DNA of 57,107 bases from a virus: UHGV virus genome UHGV-1334481; one strand, 5' to 3'. Under the pieces are notes generated by a model, which did no database searches, was not told the origin of the DNA, and saw only the letters and a program-made list of their open reading frames with translations. The first letter of the stretch is position 1; each line of letters opens with the position of its first letter. Below are positions 29,191 through 37,961 of this stretch, piece after piece. A program made the position numbers and the translations under genes.

Positions 29191-29201
29191 AGGAGAATCC
29201 A

Positions 29202-29654
29202 ATGGCATATTCTGGAAAATGGGTTCCTAAAAATATATCAAAATATAGAGGTGACCCTAAAAAAATTACGTATAGATCAAATTGGGAAAAATTCTTTTTT
29301 GAATGGTTAGATAAAAATCCAGAAATTATTGCATGGGGTAGTGAAACAGCAGTAATTCCTTATTTTTGTAATGCAGAAGGGAAAAAACGTAGATACTTCA
29401 TGGATATTTGGATGAAAGATTCTTCTGGACAAGAATTTTTTATTGAAATAAAACCTAAAAAAGAAACACAACCACCAGTTAAACCGGCACATCTAACAAC
29501 TGCAGCGAAGAAAAGATTTATGAATGAAATTTATACATATTCCGTTAATACTGACAAATGGAAAGCAGCGCAATCTTTAGCTGAAAAGCGTGGAATAAAA
29601 TTTAGAATTTTAACAGAAGATGGATTACGAGCTCTTGGCTTTAAGGGGGCATAA
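29202..29654 (+). CDS. 4: head completion protein gp4
   Basis: 150-aa ORF with AGGAG RBS; length and synteny match T4 gp4. Confidence 0.85.
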   Translation: MAYSGKWVPKNISKYRGDPKKITYRSNWEKFFFEWLDKNPEIIAWGSETAVIPYFCNAEGKKRRYFMDIWMKDSSGQEFFIEIKPKKETQPPVKPAHLTTAAKKRFMNEIYTYSVNTDKWKAAQSLAEKRGIKFRILTEDGLRALGFKGA

Positions 29655-30478
29655 TGGCTATTTTTCAAATAATTAATGAAAGCACTCCCCAAGTTCCAAA
29701 GGTTAAGCAATCATTAAACGAAAAGAAATGGATTCAGATAGGTCTTGAATACAAAAAGGCCAAAGCAAAAGGAATGACAGGAAAGCAATTTGCTGAAGAA
29801 AGAGGAATCAAATACTCTACGTTTACTTCGGCAATGTCAAAATATGCTTCAGGAATTAAAACAGCTGAAAAGATTCAAAAGCTTGAATCAAAACCAATGA
29901 ATAAACTCAATAAGCAAGAAAGACAACTGCTTATGATAAATTCATTCAGGCAAACATTGCGTGATAAAATTCGTAATGAAGGCGCAGCAATTAATAATAA
30001 AACCAGAAAGTGGTTTGCTGAAACTATTAAGCAAGTAAAAGGACATAAAGTTGTTCGCCCGCAGCCGGGACGAATATATGCTTTTGCTTATGATGCTAAA
30101 CACAAGGAAACTCTTCCTTACTGGGATAAATTTCCTTTGATAATTTACCTTGGTTTAGGTAAACATAATTTAATGTATGGATTGAACTTGCACTATATTC
30201 CACCTAAAGCTCGTCAGCAATTTCTAGAAGAGCTTTTAAAGCAATATTCAAATACACCTACTATTACTAATAAAACGAAATTAAAAATTGATTGGAGTCA
30301 AGTGAAAGGATTTAGAGGTGCAGACCAAATGATTAAGGCATATATACCTGGTAATATTATGGGTAGCCTTGTTGAAATCGCCCCGAAAGACTGGGCGAAC
30401 GTTGTGTTAATGCCACTTCAGCAGTTCGTTTCAAAAGGAAAACGTTTCTCTGCAAACAAAGTCTGGTCAAATATCTAA
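29654..30478 (+). CDS. 2: DNA end protector protein gp2
   Basis: 274-aa ORF, same length as T4 gp2; start overlaps gene 4 stop. Confidence 0.88.
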   Translation: MAIFQIINESTPQVPKVKQSLNEKKWIQIGLEYKKAKAKGMTGKQFAEERGIKYSTFTSAMSKYASGIKTAEKIQKLESKPMNKLNKQERQLLMINSFRQTLRDKIRNEGAAINNKTRKWFAETIKQVKGHKVVRPQPGRIYAFAYDAKHKETLPYWDKFPLIIYLGLGKHNLMYGLNLHYIPPKARQQFLEELLKQYSNTPTITNKTKLKIDWSQVKGFRGADQMIKAYIPGNIMGSLVEIAPKDWANVVLMPLQQFVSKGKRFSANKVWSNI

Positions 30479-30584
30479 TTCTATTATCTTCCATTCTTTT
30501 CTATTGTTTGTTCTAATTGGAATTGAATGGAAGGGACTTAGACCCATTATACCACCAACATTTATAAAGCATTATGAGGAATAT

Positions 30585-31115
30585 ATGTCGCAAGCACTGC
30601 AACAAATTTTTAACCAAGCAAATACAACTAACTTTGTAGTATCAATACCACATAGTAATACTACATCTGCTTTTACTTTAAATGCTCAGTCAGTTCCTAT
30701 TCCAGGAATTAGGATACCTGTTACTGATACCGTGACTGGGCCGTTTGGACTAGGCAGAGCACAACGTCCAGGAGTTACATTTGAGTACGATCCACTCATC
30801 GTGAGATTTATAGTTGACGAAGAGCTTAAGTCGTGGATAGGAATGTATGAATGGATGCTAGGAACTAGTAACTATCTTACAGGCGAAAATACTGCCCAAA
30901 AAACAGGTCCTGAATACATTACGCTTTACATTTTAGATAATAGTAAAACTGAAATCGTGATGTCAATAAATTTTTATAAGCCCTGGGTTTCTGACCTGTC
31001 TGAAGTAGAATTTAGCTACACGGAAGATTCAGACCCAGCTTTAGTATGCACAGCAACGATTCCTTATACGTATTTTCAAGTAGAAAAAGATGGTAAAATT
31101 ATAGCAGAAGTTTAA
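30585..31115 (+). CDS. 3: tail completion and sheath stabilizer protein gp3
   Basis: Start chosen at ATG 30585 (GAGGA RBS 5 nt upstream), giving 176 aa as in T4 gp3; the tool ORF from 30504 has no RBS. Confidence 0.85.
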   Translation: MSQALQQIFNQANTTNFVVSIPHSNTTSAFTLNAQSVPIPGIRIPVTDTVTGPFGLGRAQRPGVTFEYDPLIVRFIVDEELKSWIGMYEWMLGTSNYLTGENTAQKTGPEYITLYILDNSKTEIVMSINFYKPWVSDLSEVEFSYTEDSDPALVCTATIPYTYFQVEKDGKIIAEV

Positions 31116-31139
31116 TGCTTCAGTTTCATGTGTTATAAT
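31112..31139 (+). promoter_or_regulatory. putative middle (MotA-type) promoter for gene 1
   Basis: ttaaTGCTTca MotA-box-like element with tataat 13 nt downstream; spacing slightly short of consensus. Confidence 0.35.
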
Positions 31140-31164
31140 CTTAACTAAATTTGAGGAGAAACAT

Positions 31165-31890
31165 ATGAAACTAATCTTTTTAAGTGGTGTAAAGCGTAGT
31201 GGAAAAGATACTACTGCAGATTTTATCATGAATAATTATTCTGCAGTTAAATATCAACTTGCTGGTCCTATTAAGGATGCATTGGCTTATGCATGGGCTG
31301 TATTTGCAGCAAACACTGACTATCCTTGCTTAACTCGTAGAGAGTTTGAAGGAATTGACTATGATCGTGAGACTAATTTAAATCTGACTAAATTAGAAGT
31401 AATTACGATTATGGAACAAGCATTTTGCTATCTTAATAGTAAAAGCCCAATTAAAGGTGTGTTTGTTTTTGATGACGAAGGAAAAGAATCAGTTAATTTC
31501 GTAGCATTTAACAAGATTGCTGACGTTATAAATAATATTGAAGATCAATGGTCAATCCGTCGTCTGATGCAAGCCCTAGGTACGGATTTGATTGTTAATA
31601 ACTTCGACCGCATGTATTGGGTAAAATTATTTGCTTTAGATTATCTTGATAAATTTAACTCAGGTTATGATTATTATATCGTTCCTGATACTCGTCAAGA
31701 TCATGAAATGGATGCGGCTAGGGCGATGGGTGCTACAGTAATTCATGTAGTTCGTCCTGGTCAAAAATCCAATGATACTCATATTACAGAAGCTGGATTG
31801 CCAATTCGTGATGGCGATTTAGTAATTACAAACGATGGTTCTCTTGAAGAACTTTTTTCTAAAATTAAAAATACACTAAAGGTACTATAA
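31165..31890 (+). CDS. 1: deoxynucleoside monophosphate kinase gp1
   Basis: 241-aa ORF with P-loop GVKRSGKDT; same length as T4 gp1. Confidence 0.92.
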   Translation: MKLIFLSGVKRSGKDTTADFIMNNYSAVKYQLAGPIKDALAYAWAVFAANTDYPCLTRREFEGIDYDRETNLNLTKLEVITIMEQAFCYLNSKSPIKGVFVFDDEGKESVNFVAFNKIADVINNIEDQWSIRRLMQALGTDLIVNNFDRMYWVKLFALDYLDKFNSGYDYYIVPDTRQDHEMDAARAMGATVIHVVRPGQKSNDTHITEAGLPIRDGDLVITNDGSLEELFSKIKNTLKVL

Positions 31891-32119
31891 TGTCTGAACA
31901 AACTATTGAACAAAAACTGTCTGCTGAAATCGTAACTCTGAAGTCTCGTATTCTTGATACGCAGGACCAAGCGGCTCGTCTGATGGAAGAATCCAAAATT
32001 CTGCAAGGAACTTTGGCTGAAATTGCTTATGCAGTAGGTATCACTAGCGATACTATCAAAGTTGAAGAAATCGTTGAAGCCGTCAAGAATCTTACTGCTG
32101 AATCTGCTGATGAAGAATA

Positions 32120-32120
<1 letters not shown>
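31890..32120 (+). CDS. 57A: tail fiber assembly chaperone gp57A
   Basis: 76-aa ORF MSEQTIEQKLSAEIVTLKSRILDTQDQ...; matches T4 gp57A. Confidence 0.85.
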
Positions 32121-32576
<456 letters not shown>

Positions 32577-32588
32577 TTTCACAAAGTT

Positions 32589-32618
32589 GTTTACATGCTG
32601 ATGAGGTAGTGATACTAT
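32589..32618 (+). promoter_or_regulatory. T4-type early promoter
   Basis: -35 gtttac and -10 gatactat (tactat) with about 18 nt spacing; AT-rich upstream tttcacaaagttg element. Confidence 0.6.
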
Positions 32619-32648
32619 TACCTCATCAAAATTAATTAGGAAAATAAA

Positions 32649-32906
32649 ATGAAAACTTTCAAAGAGTTTGCTGCAAAAACTACTATCACTGAATCTTCCC
32701 ACGGTATGGAAGTAAAGCTTGGAATGGCTTTAGCTGAAGCTGAGCGTCTTTTCTCTCGTATTAAAGAACTTGCTGCTGCAGTCGATCCTTCATCTTTTAA
32801 AGGAGACCAAACTAAAGTTAAAGCACTTTTAGCATTATGCTCCGATGCAGGAGAAATTGCTAAAAATGGTTCTAAGATGAAGAAACGATTAGAAGATTTA
32901 AAATAA
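32649..32906 (+). CDS. internal-protein-like protein with capsid targeting sequence (ipI locus)
   Basis: 85 aa; N-terminus MKTFKEFAAKTTITE matches the MKTYQEFIAE-type CTS/gp21 cleavage motif (memory); AGGAAA RBS. Confidence 0.6.
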   Translation: MKTFKEFAAKTTITESSHGMEVKLGMALAEAERLFSRIKELAAAVDPSSFKGDQTKVKALLALCSDAGEIAKNGSKMKKRLEDLK

Positions 32907-32918
32907 TTTCACAAAGTT

Positions 32919-32948
32919 GCTTACATAGGGTTTTAGTTGTGATACTAT
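32919..32948 (+). promoter_or_regulatory. T4-type early promoter (near-identical copy of the 32589 cassette)
   Basis: -35 gcttac and -10 gatactat; flanking sequence almost identical to 32577-32630. Confidence 0.55.
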
Positions 32949-32985
32949 TACCCTATCAAAACAAAACAATCGAATGGAAACTAAA

Positions 32986-33282
32986 ATGAAAACTTTCAAA
33001 GAGTTTATCGCTGAATCTTCTGATGTAAAAGTTGAGTTTATTTACACCGGCAAGAAAGATAAAATGGGTGAAATGCCTCATGGAGTTCTTCGTGATGCAT
33101 TAGATAATTTCGGTCAACTCGCCGCAGAAGATTACGGTGATAAAATTGTTGTTACTGGTCCTGCTGCAGTTATTGAAAAATGGGCAGCAGAAAATAAATC
33201 AATTTTTCGTAAAAAAATAAGTTTACTTTTAGATGGGGTAGTGATACTATTACCCTATCAACTACTGAGGAGAATAAAATGA
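32986..33282 (+). CDS. internal-protein-like protein with CTS; 3' end reads through the downstream promoter
   Basis: MKTFKEFIAESS... from ATG 32986; frame passes an A7 run (33211-33217) and ends at TGA overlapping the next ATG; with A6 it would stop at ...SIFRKK. Confidence 0.5.
   Translation: MKTFKEFIAESSDVKVEFIYTGKKDKMGEMPHGVLRDALDNFGQLAAEDYGDKIVVTGPAAVIEKWAAENKSIFRKKISLLLDGVVILLPYQLLRRIK
33221..33250 (+). promoter_or_regulatory. T4-type early promoter
   Basis: -35 gtttac and -10 gatactat, followed by GAGGAG RBS and ATG 33279. Confidence 0.55.
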
Positions 33283-33464
33283 AATGTTGTGAATTAATTC
33301 GAAATGTTGCTATTGCAATTTCTGCTTCCGCTTTCAGTTTTTCAATGTTTGTTGGATTTATATGCGGATTATTGACTACGGCAGAAAATGTTTTTTCACT
33401 TGTAGTAGCATTTTTAATTGGTTTAATTGCTATTGTTATGGATAAAATTTCTAAAGGTGAATAA
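33279..33464 (+). CDS. small hydrophobic membrane protein
   Basis: 61-aa ORF with two hydrophobic segments; strong GAGGAG RBS. Confidence 0.55.
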   Translation: MKCCELIRNVAIAISASAFSFSMFVGFICGLLTTAENVFSLVVAFLIGLIAIVMDKISKGE

Positions 33465-33862
33465 TGAACGTTGAATATTATGTATATGCGGATTACGAAA
33501 ATAATCCGTCTAAAGATGAAGATAATCGTTTAGGTGTAGATGCTTTCGATTCCCCTGCGGCGGCATGGCAATGGGTTGAAAGAACCGATATTCCTTACCG
33601 TTATATTGAAGTGGTTGACCACGCAGGAAACAAGTATCCTAAGGAAGCATATGTTCCTTCCGGGAAGGTAAATTTCCTTTTGTTTGCAGGTGATAATTAT
33701 TATCCCCGTGGTGGGTATACCGATTTAATTGCTAAAGCATTCTCTGAAGATGAACTCCGTGACATTATCAAAGAAAATGAAAACAAACCGATGGATTCTA
33801 ATCGCTTTGATTGGTGGCAAATCGTAAATGCTAATACTCACACTATTGTTGATGAAGGCTGA
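33464..33862 (+). CDS. hypothetical protein
   Basis: 132-aa ORF; start overlaps the upstream stop (translational coupling). Confidence 0.6.
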   Translation: MNVEYYVYADYENNPSKDEDNRLGVDAFDSPAAAWQWVERTDIPYRYIEVVDHAGNKYPKEAYVPSGKVNFLLFAGDNYYPRGGYTDLIAKAFSEDELRDIIKENENKPMDSNRFDWWQIVNANTHTIVDEG

Positions 33863-33864
33863 TA

Positions 33865-34155
33865 ATGATTCTTTATGCGAAAGTATCATCCATTGAAAAT
33901 GGATATAAATATGATCAAGACGCGGCTAAAGCTTTGATTGATGATTATGGCATTTTAACATGTTTTGAAGTTGAAAAGGTTTACATTGACCGTTCATCTT
34001 CTCAAGTTAAATTAGTGAAGGAAGAACGTAAATTTAATACAGTAAATTTTGATTTCTTTATTGAAACAGAAAAAGGTCCTCTTGAATATGATATTTTCAA
34101 GAATCCTTTGGGTCTTGAATGTATTAAATATACTTACATTAACGCAGCGTGGTGA
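33865..34155 (+). CDS. hypothetical protein
   Basis: 96-aa ORF tightly packed after the previous gene. Confidence 0.55.
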   Translation: MILYAKVSSIENGYKYDQDAAKALIDDYGILTCFEVEKVYIDRSSSQVKLVKEERKFNTVNFDFFIETEKGPLEYDIFKNPLGLECIKYTYINAAW

Positions 34156-34158
34156 AAA

Positions 34159-34674
34159 ATGAATATTTGTTTAGGTACTACAATTCCGCAGGGCTACGTA
34201 ATTGATGTCACTACCTGGGAAAATGATGGTGACAACTATAAAACTAAAACACTGTTTGGCGTAGAAGAGCATGAAATCTTACAATTTCAGTATCTTTTAA
34301 AGAAATTTAAAAGCAGATATTCTAGTACTAAAATTGAGCGCTATTGCGGTAATGGTTTGTTCAGCGAGCAATCTCTTTTTATTTATGAATACTTGGTTGA
34401 AGGACTGTTCTCAGACCAGCTTTATCCAGAATTGATTAAAAAGGTCTTTCGCATAGAAGTTGATCTTGGTAATAAATCTGAAGAAGATGAAGAACGTGTA
34501 TTTGACTTATTCTTTGTGAATAGTAATAAGGTGCTTGAAGGACTTATTAATATTTTAGGTAATGCTTCTGAGTATTATGATTATGATTTTTTGCGTGTAG
34601 TTGAGAGTGTTAAATACTCTTATATAGAAGAAGAAATTGTTTTGCCGACCGTTAAAATGTTTAATTTGCTTTAA
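34159..34674 (+). CDS. hypothetical protein
   Basis: 171-aa ORF; compact arrangement. Confidence 0.55.
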   Translation: MNICLGTTIPQGYVIDVTTWENDGDNYKTKTLFGVEEHEILQFQYLLKKFKSRYSSTKIERYCGNGLFSEQSLFIYEYLVEGLFSDQLYPELIKKVFRIEVDLGNKSEEDEERVFDLFFVNSNKVLEGLINILGNASEYYDYDFLRVVESVKYSYIEEEIVLPTVKMFNLL

Positions 34675-34760
34675 GAATTATTTGTTATTATTAACTCATA
34701 TCGCACTGATTAATACCCTCTATCATCAAGGGTTCTTGCTTAAGAGCCTTTGTTAATAAT

Positions 34761-34833
34761 TGGGAATTAGCCAAGTTGGTAAGGCACTGGATTTTGATTC
34801 CAGGATGCAAAGGTTCGAGTCCTTTATTCCCAG
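34761..34833 (+). tRNA. tRNA-Gln (anticodon UUG)
   Basis: Hand-folded cloverleaf: acceptor tgggaat/attccca, anticodon loop ttTTGat, T-arm aaagg-ttcgagt-ccttt; no encoded CCA. Confidence 0.8.
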
Positions 34834-34834
34834 C

Positions 34835-34921
34835 GCGAGAATGGTCAAATTGGTAAAGGCACAGCACTTAAAATGCTGCGGAATGATTTCCTTGTGGGTT
34901 CGAGTCCCACTTCTCGCACCA
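34835..34921 (+). tRNA. tRNA-Leu (anticodon UAA), long variable arm
   Basis: Acceptor gcgagaa/ttctcgc, anticodon loop ctTAAaa, T-arm gtggg-ttcgagt-cccac, encoded CCA. Confidence 0.8.
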
Positions 34922-34926
34922 AATTT

Positions 34927-35000
<74 letters not shown>

Positions 35001-35010
35001 ATTTAATTTA

Positions 35011-35084
35011 CTCCGTGTAGCTCAGTTTGGTAGAGCGCCTGATTTGGGATCAGGAGGTCCAAGGTTCAAATCCTTGTATGGAGA
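35011..35084 (+). tRNA. tRNA-Pro (anticodon UGG)
   Basis: Anticodon stem cctga/tcagg with loop ttTGGga, T-arm caagg-ttcaaat-ccttg; acceptor has two G-U pairs. Confidence 0.75.
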
Positions 35085-35086
35085 CT

Positions 35087-35176
35087 GGAGGCGTGGCAGA
35101 GTGGTTTAATGCACCGGTCTTGAAAACCGGCAGTCGCTCCGGCGACTCATAGGTTCAAATCCTATCGCCTCCGCCA
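35087..35176 (+). tRNA. tRNA-Ser (anticodon UGA), long variable arm
   Basis: Acceptor ggaggcg/cgcctcc, anticodon stem ccggt/accgg with loop ctTGAaa, encoded CCA. Confidence 0.8.
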
Positions 35177-35181
35177 GTTTT

Positions 35182-35257
35182 GCTGATTTAGCTCAGTAGG
35201 TAGAGCAACTCACTTGTAATGAGAAGGTCGGCGGTTCGATTCCGTCAATCAGCACCA
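35182..35257 (+). tRNA. tRNA-Thr (anticodon UGU)
   Basis: Acceptor gctgatt/aatcagc, anticodon loop ctTGTaa, T-arm ggcgg-ttcgatt-ccgtc, encoded CCA. Confidence 0.8.
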
Positions 35258-35258
35258 A

Positions 35259-35333
35259 GGCCCTGTAGCTGGAAGGTTCAAGCAAGCGACTCATAATCGC
35301 CAGATGGTGGTTCAATTCCACCCAGGGCCACCA
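35259..35333 (+). tRNA. tRNA-Ile (anticodon CAU, presumed lysidine-modified) or tRNA-Met
   Basis: Acceptor ggccctg/cagggcc, anticodon loop ctCATaa, encoded CCA; T4 tRNA-Ile is known to carry CAU (memory). Confidence 0.75.
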
Positions 35334-35337
35334 ATCT

Positions 35338-35412
35338 GGATGTGTAGCTCAGTGGTAGAGCAGTTGACTGTTAATCAATTGGTCCATGGTTCGAATCCAT
35401 GCATGTCCGCCA
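35338..35412 (+). tRNA. tRNA-Asn (anticodon GUU), tentative
   Basis: Anticodon stem gttga/tcaat with loop ctGTTaa, T-arm catgg-ttcgaat-ccatg, encoded CCA; acceptor has two G-U pairs. Confidence 0.65.
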
Positions 35413-35416
35413 AATA

Positions 35417-35492
35417 CGAGGCATAGCTCAGAAGGAAGAGCAAGGACCTTCTAAGTCCTAGGTCGTAGGTTCGATCCCTACTGCCTCGACCA
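35417..35492 (+). tRNA. tRNA-Arg (anticodon UCU)
   Basis: Acceptor cgaggca/tgcctcg (C1-G72), anticodon stem aggac/gtcct with loop ctTCTaa, encoded CCA. Confidence 0.8.
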
Positions 35493-35508
35493 ATTAAGTG
35501 AGGAAAAT

Positions 35509-35859
35509 ATGAAAGGTAATGTTTATTTAGTAGTTCATGATTTAACATTCTATTTTAATCATAATGACACTGTTATTTCTGAACGTGTAATTAATTTGCT
35601 TTATCAGCATGCAGATTATGTTTATGTCGAAAACGAATATGGTCATTGGCAATTTCTCAAAAATCGTTCATTTGGTTTAGATGGTTACGAATATTTTGAA
35701 CGTAAAGACCTTTTAGATAAAATTCCGTTATCTACACAATATCAAAATCACAAGTCTTTATATAAATGCCGTCCAATTCGAAATGCTGAATCTGCGTATG
35801 AAGTAATTGATTTATGGCGTAAACGCCGTGAATATATTGATTCTTTAAAAGAATATTAA
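35509..35859 (+). CDS. hypothetical protein (tRNA-region ORF)
   Basis: 116-aa ORF with GAGGAAAA RBS immediately after tRNA-Arg. Confidence 0.6.
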   Translation: MKGNVYLVVHDLTFYFNHNDTVISERVINLLYQHADYVYVENEYGHWQFLKNRSFGLDGYEYFERKDLLDKIPLSTQYQNHKSLYKCRPIRNAESAYEVIDLWRKRREYIDSLKEY

Positions 35860-35864
35860 GAAAC

Positions 35865-36170
35865 CGGGTCGCTACCGGTAAGTCGTCGGACTGATGTTCC
35901 CTGAGTAAGGACTGGCATTAACAAATCTTTACGATCTGTTAACGTCCCCTTACATCACAGCAGAAACGGCGCACCGAATTATCGATTCGAGGAAATATCT
36001 TTGCCGTAAGCCGAGTAGCGTTTTTGACGGAACGTTCGGATATGGTCGAGATATGGCCTTTTAAAAATATTGAGTGGCGTCAACTACTTAATAACCGGGT
36101 TCGAATCCCGGCGTTTCGTACAAACACTTGCCTTAGCAGGTGGAACCCCGACAAGGTTGCCGCAAGGCTT
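35865..36170 (+). ncRNA. putative stable small RNA(s), tRNA-like (T4 species 1/2 rnaC/rnaD-like)
   Basis: About 300 nt with no ORF of 60 codons or more, GC-rich with tRNA-like T-arm cgggttcgaatcccg (about 36097-36111); bounded by a terminator at 36172-36198. Confidence 0.4.
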
Positions 36171-36171
36171 A

Positions 36172-36198
36172 GCCCCGACCGAAAGGTTGGGGCTTTTT
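36172..36198 (+). terminator. rho-independent terminator
   Basis: gccccgacc-gaaa-ggttggggc hairpin followed by TTTTT. Confidence 0.7.
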
Positions 36199-36200
36199 AG

Positions 36201-36208
36201 TATAAATA
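36201..36208 (+). promoter_or_regulatory. late promoter (TATAAATA) upstream of the internal-protein-like gene
   Basis: Exact tataaata 41 nt upstream of ATG 36249. Confidence 0.5.
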
Positions 36209-36248
36209 CAGTAGTATATTAAATCCACGAATTAAAACAGGAAATAAG

Positions 36249-36542
36249 ATGAAATCATATGCTCAATTTTTAAATGAAGCGGTGTTAAATGAAGCATCTA
36301 GCACCGAAATTCAAGCTGTCGCAAAAGCAGCCATTGCAGCGGGTAAATATTCCTATAAAGATGCTTCTGACGAATCACGATTCCAGTTTGCTCGCGACAT
36401 GAAAGCAGAAGGATTTACGGGAAATGCAGTTAGTATGGCCTGGAAAAGTTTAGTTGCTACTGGCGCTGCTTTTGCAAAGGCTTCGGGTAAACCTGCTCCT
36501 AAAGCAGATCCTAAAGCTGCACAAGAAAAAAAATATCGTTAA
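36249..36542 (+). CDS. internal-protein-like protein with CTS (ipII-like size); possible frameshift extension to 36723
   Basis: 97 aa, MKSYAQFLNEAVLNEA... CTS-like N-terminus; an A8 run at 36526-36533 precedes the stop and the +1 frame stays open to 36723. Confidence 0.6.
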   Translation: MKSYAQFLNEAVLNEASSTEIQAVAKAAIAAGKYSYKDASDESRFQFARDMKAEGFTGNAVSMAWKSLVATGAAFAKASGKPAPKADPKAAQEKKYR

Positions 36543-36732
36543 AGGAATTATCGCTAAATATGAAGCTATCCTTAAAGAGCTTTTAGTAATCAAAACCGAA
36601 GGCCAAAAGTTAGCCCGTGCTTATAGTTTCAAAGATAATCCACATGTTCACTCTCTTGAGTATGTTGAAGACATTCAAAAAATTATTAAAGACCGCATTT
36701 GGTCTGCTAAACAAATCAAATAACATTCTTAA

Positions 36733-36758
36733 CCCCGACCAAAAGGTTGGGGCTTTTT
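36733..36758 (+). terminator. rho-independent terminator (near-identical copy of the 36172 terminator)
   Basis: ccccgacc-aaaa-ggttgggg hairpin followed by cTTTTT. Confidence 0.7.
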
Positions 36759-36848
36759 AGTTTGAATCACTCGGATAACGCTGTTACGGATAATAACAAA
36801 GTAATAAATAATTAATAACCAACCGATAGATTATTTCAAGGATTTTAA

Positions 36849-37412
36849 ATGAAAACCTATGCCGAATTTTTAACCGAAGCAGCAAAATTACCATCTGAAG
36901 CAGATCTTACTAAAGTATTCTTCCACTTGGACCCAAAAGACCGCGGCGATTTTCTTAAGTGGAAAGCTAAAGCTATTGAAATGTACAACATCGATAATAG
37001 TTCTTTTACAATGAGTCAAGAAAATAAATTCAATAAAGCATTTTTCAAAATTTCTAAGAAATTGGCATCTGGCGCTCAGGTTCCTAAATCTGTATTAGCT
37101 ACTCCTGAACGCGCACCTGTTAAAATTTCTAAGAATATGTTCGACACTAAAAAATACGTTAATGCTTTGAATAAAGCTCTTGATGCATTGGATGATGCAA
37201 AGAAGGCAGCCCGCGATCTTCAAGACGTGTACACCGATTTTGACCGCAAAACTAAAGGTTCTATTTCAAATAGCGAACGCAATAGTGTAAGTGTTTATTC
37301 TGATAGCCTTGATGTTCTTGGCGATGCGTATACTGAAATTAAAAATCGTATTAACACTGCATCTAAGCTAAAAGCTGCTGCAGAAGCTATAATAACTAAA
37401 CTAGATAAATAA
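36849..37412 (+). CDS. internal-protein-like protein with CTS (ipIII-like size)
   Basis: 187 aa, N-terminus MKTYAEFLTEAAKL; T4 IPIII is 194 aa (memory). Confidence 0.6.
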   Translation: MKTYAEFLTEAAKLPSEADLTKVFFHLDPKDRGDFLKWKAKAIEMYNIDNSSFTMSQENKFNKAFFKISKKLASGAQVPKSVLATPERAPVKISKNMFDTKKYVNALNKALDALDDAKKAARDLQDVYTDFDRKTKGSISNSERNSVSVYSDSLDVLGDAYTEIKNRINTASKLKAAAEAIITKLDK

Positions 37413-37420
37413 TTTTAAAT

Positions 37421-37446
37421 CCCTATCTAAATGATAGGGCTTTTTG
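37421..37446 (+). terminator. rho-independent terminator
   Basis: ccctatc-taaat-gataggg hairpin followed by cTTTTT. Confidence 0.65.
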
Positions 37447-37568
37447 GTATCTAGGCCTTTCTGGGCCTCTCTAGGCATCATTTAGTTTATACCCTTTATA
37501 ATATATTATCCTACCTTTTAATTGCCCCTCCCTGCCCCAGAATTCCCTAAAAATTTTTTCACAAAACT

Positions 37569-37598
37569 GTTTACATCCATGTTCTTCCATGGTACTAT
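37569..37598 (+). promoter_or_regulatory. T4-type early promoter
   Basis: -35 gtttac and -10 ggtactat with an AT-rich upstream tttcacaaaactg element. Confidence 0.55.
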
Positions 37599-37642
37599 AC
37601 AACTATCAACTACTGATACAGAAAAACAACTTGGAGAATGAA

Positions 37643-37906
37643 ATGGATAATTACGGCGAACTGTTCAACTTCTTTATGAAATGCGTTTCAGAAGATTTCG
37701 GTCGTACAGTGAATGATATTAAAGTTATCGGTCCTGATCATCCGATGTTTGAAACTTACGCAGTAATGGGTAATGAAGACGGACAGTGGTATACTGTAAA
37801 GGTTGTGATTAATATGTTCACTGCTGAAGGTTATGTTAAACTGTCTTCTAAAGTTTACCACGATAACGACGAAATCGCAGAAGAATATTTCAATAATATG
37901 AAATAA
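37643..37906 (+). CDS. hypothetical protein
   Basis: Start moved to ATG 37643 (GGAGA RBS) from the tool's 37589; 87 aa. Confidence 0.55.
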   Translation: MDNYGELFNFFMKCVSEDFGRTVNDIKVIGPDHPMFETYAVMGNEDGQWYTVKVVINMFTAEGYVKLSSKVYHDNDEIAEEYFNNMK

Positions 37907-37935
37907 GTTTACATAGGCTCATGATTGAGATATTA
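37907..37935 (+). promoter_or_regulatory. T4-type early promoter with -10 inside an 8-bp inverted repeat
   Basis: -35 gtttac, -10 gatattat; perfect inverted repeat aggctcat/atgagcct (37915-37922 / 37935-37942). Confidence 0.5.
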
Positions 37936-37961
37936 TGAGCCTGTAACTTGAGGAAACCGTT

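Noticed and set aside
30504-30584. Upstream extension of gene 3 from ATG 30504 (203 aa)
   Set aside because: No RBS; ATG 30585 has a GAGGA RBS and gives the 176-aa length expected for gp3
32577-33262. Repeated roughly 45-bp units (ttcacaaagttgtttacat...gtgatactattacc) as a possible CRISPR array
   Set aside because: The repeats are early-promoter cassettes (-35 GTTTAC / -10 TACTAT) each followed by an RBS and a gene; spacing is gene-sized and irregular and no cas genes are present
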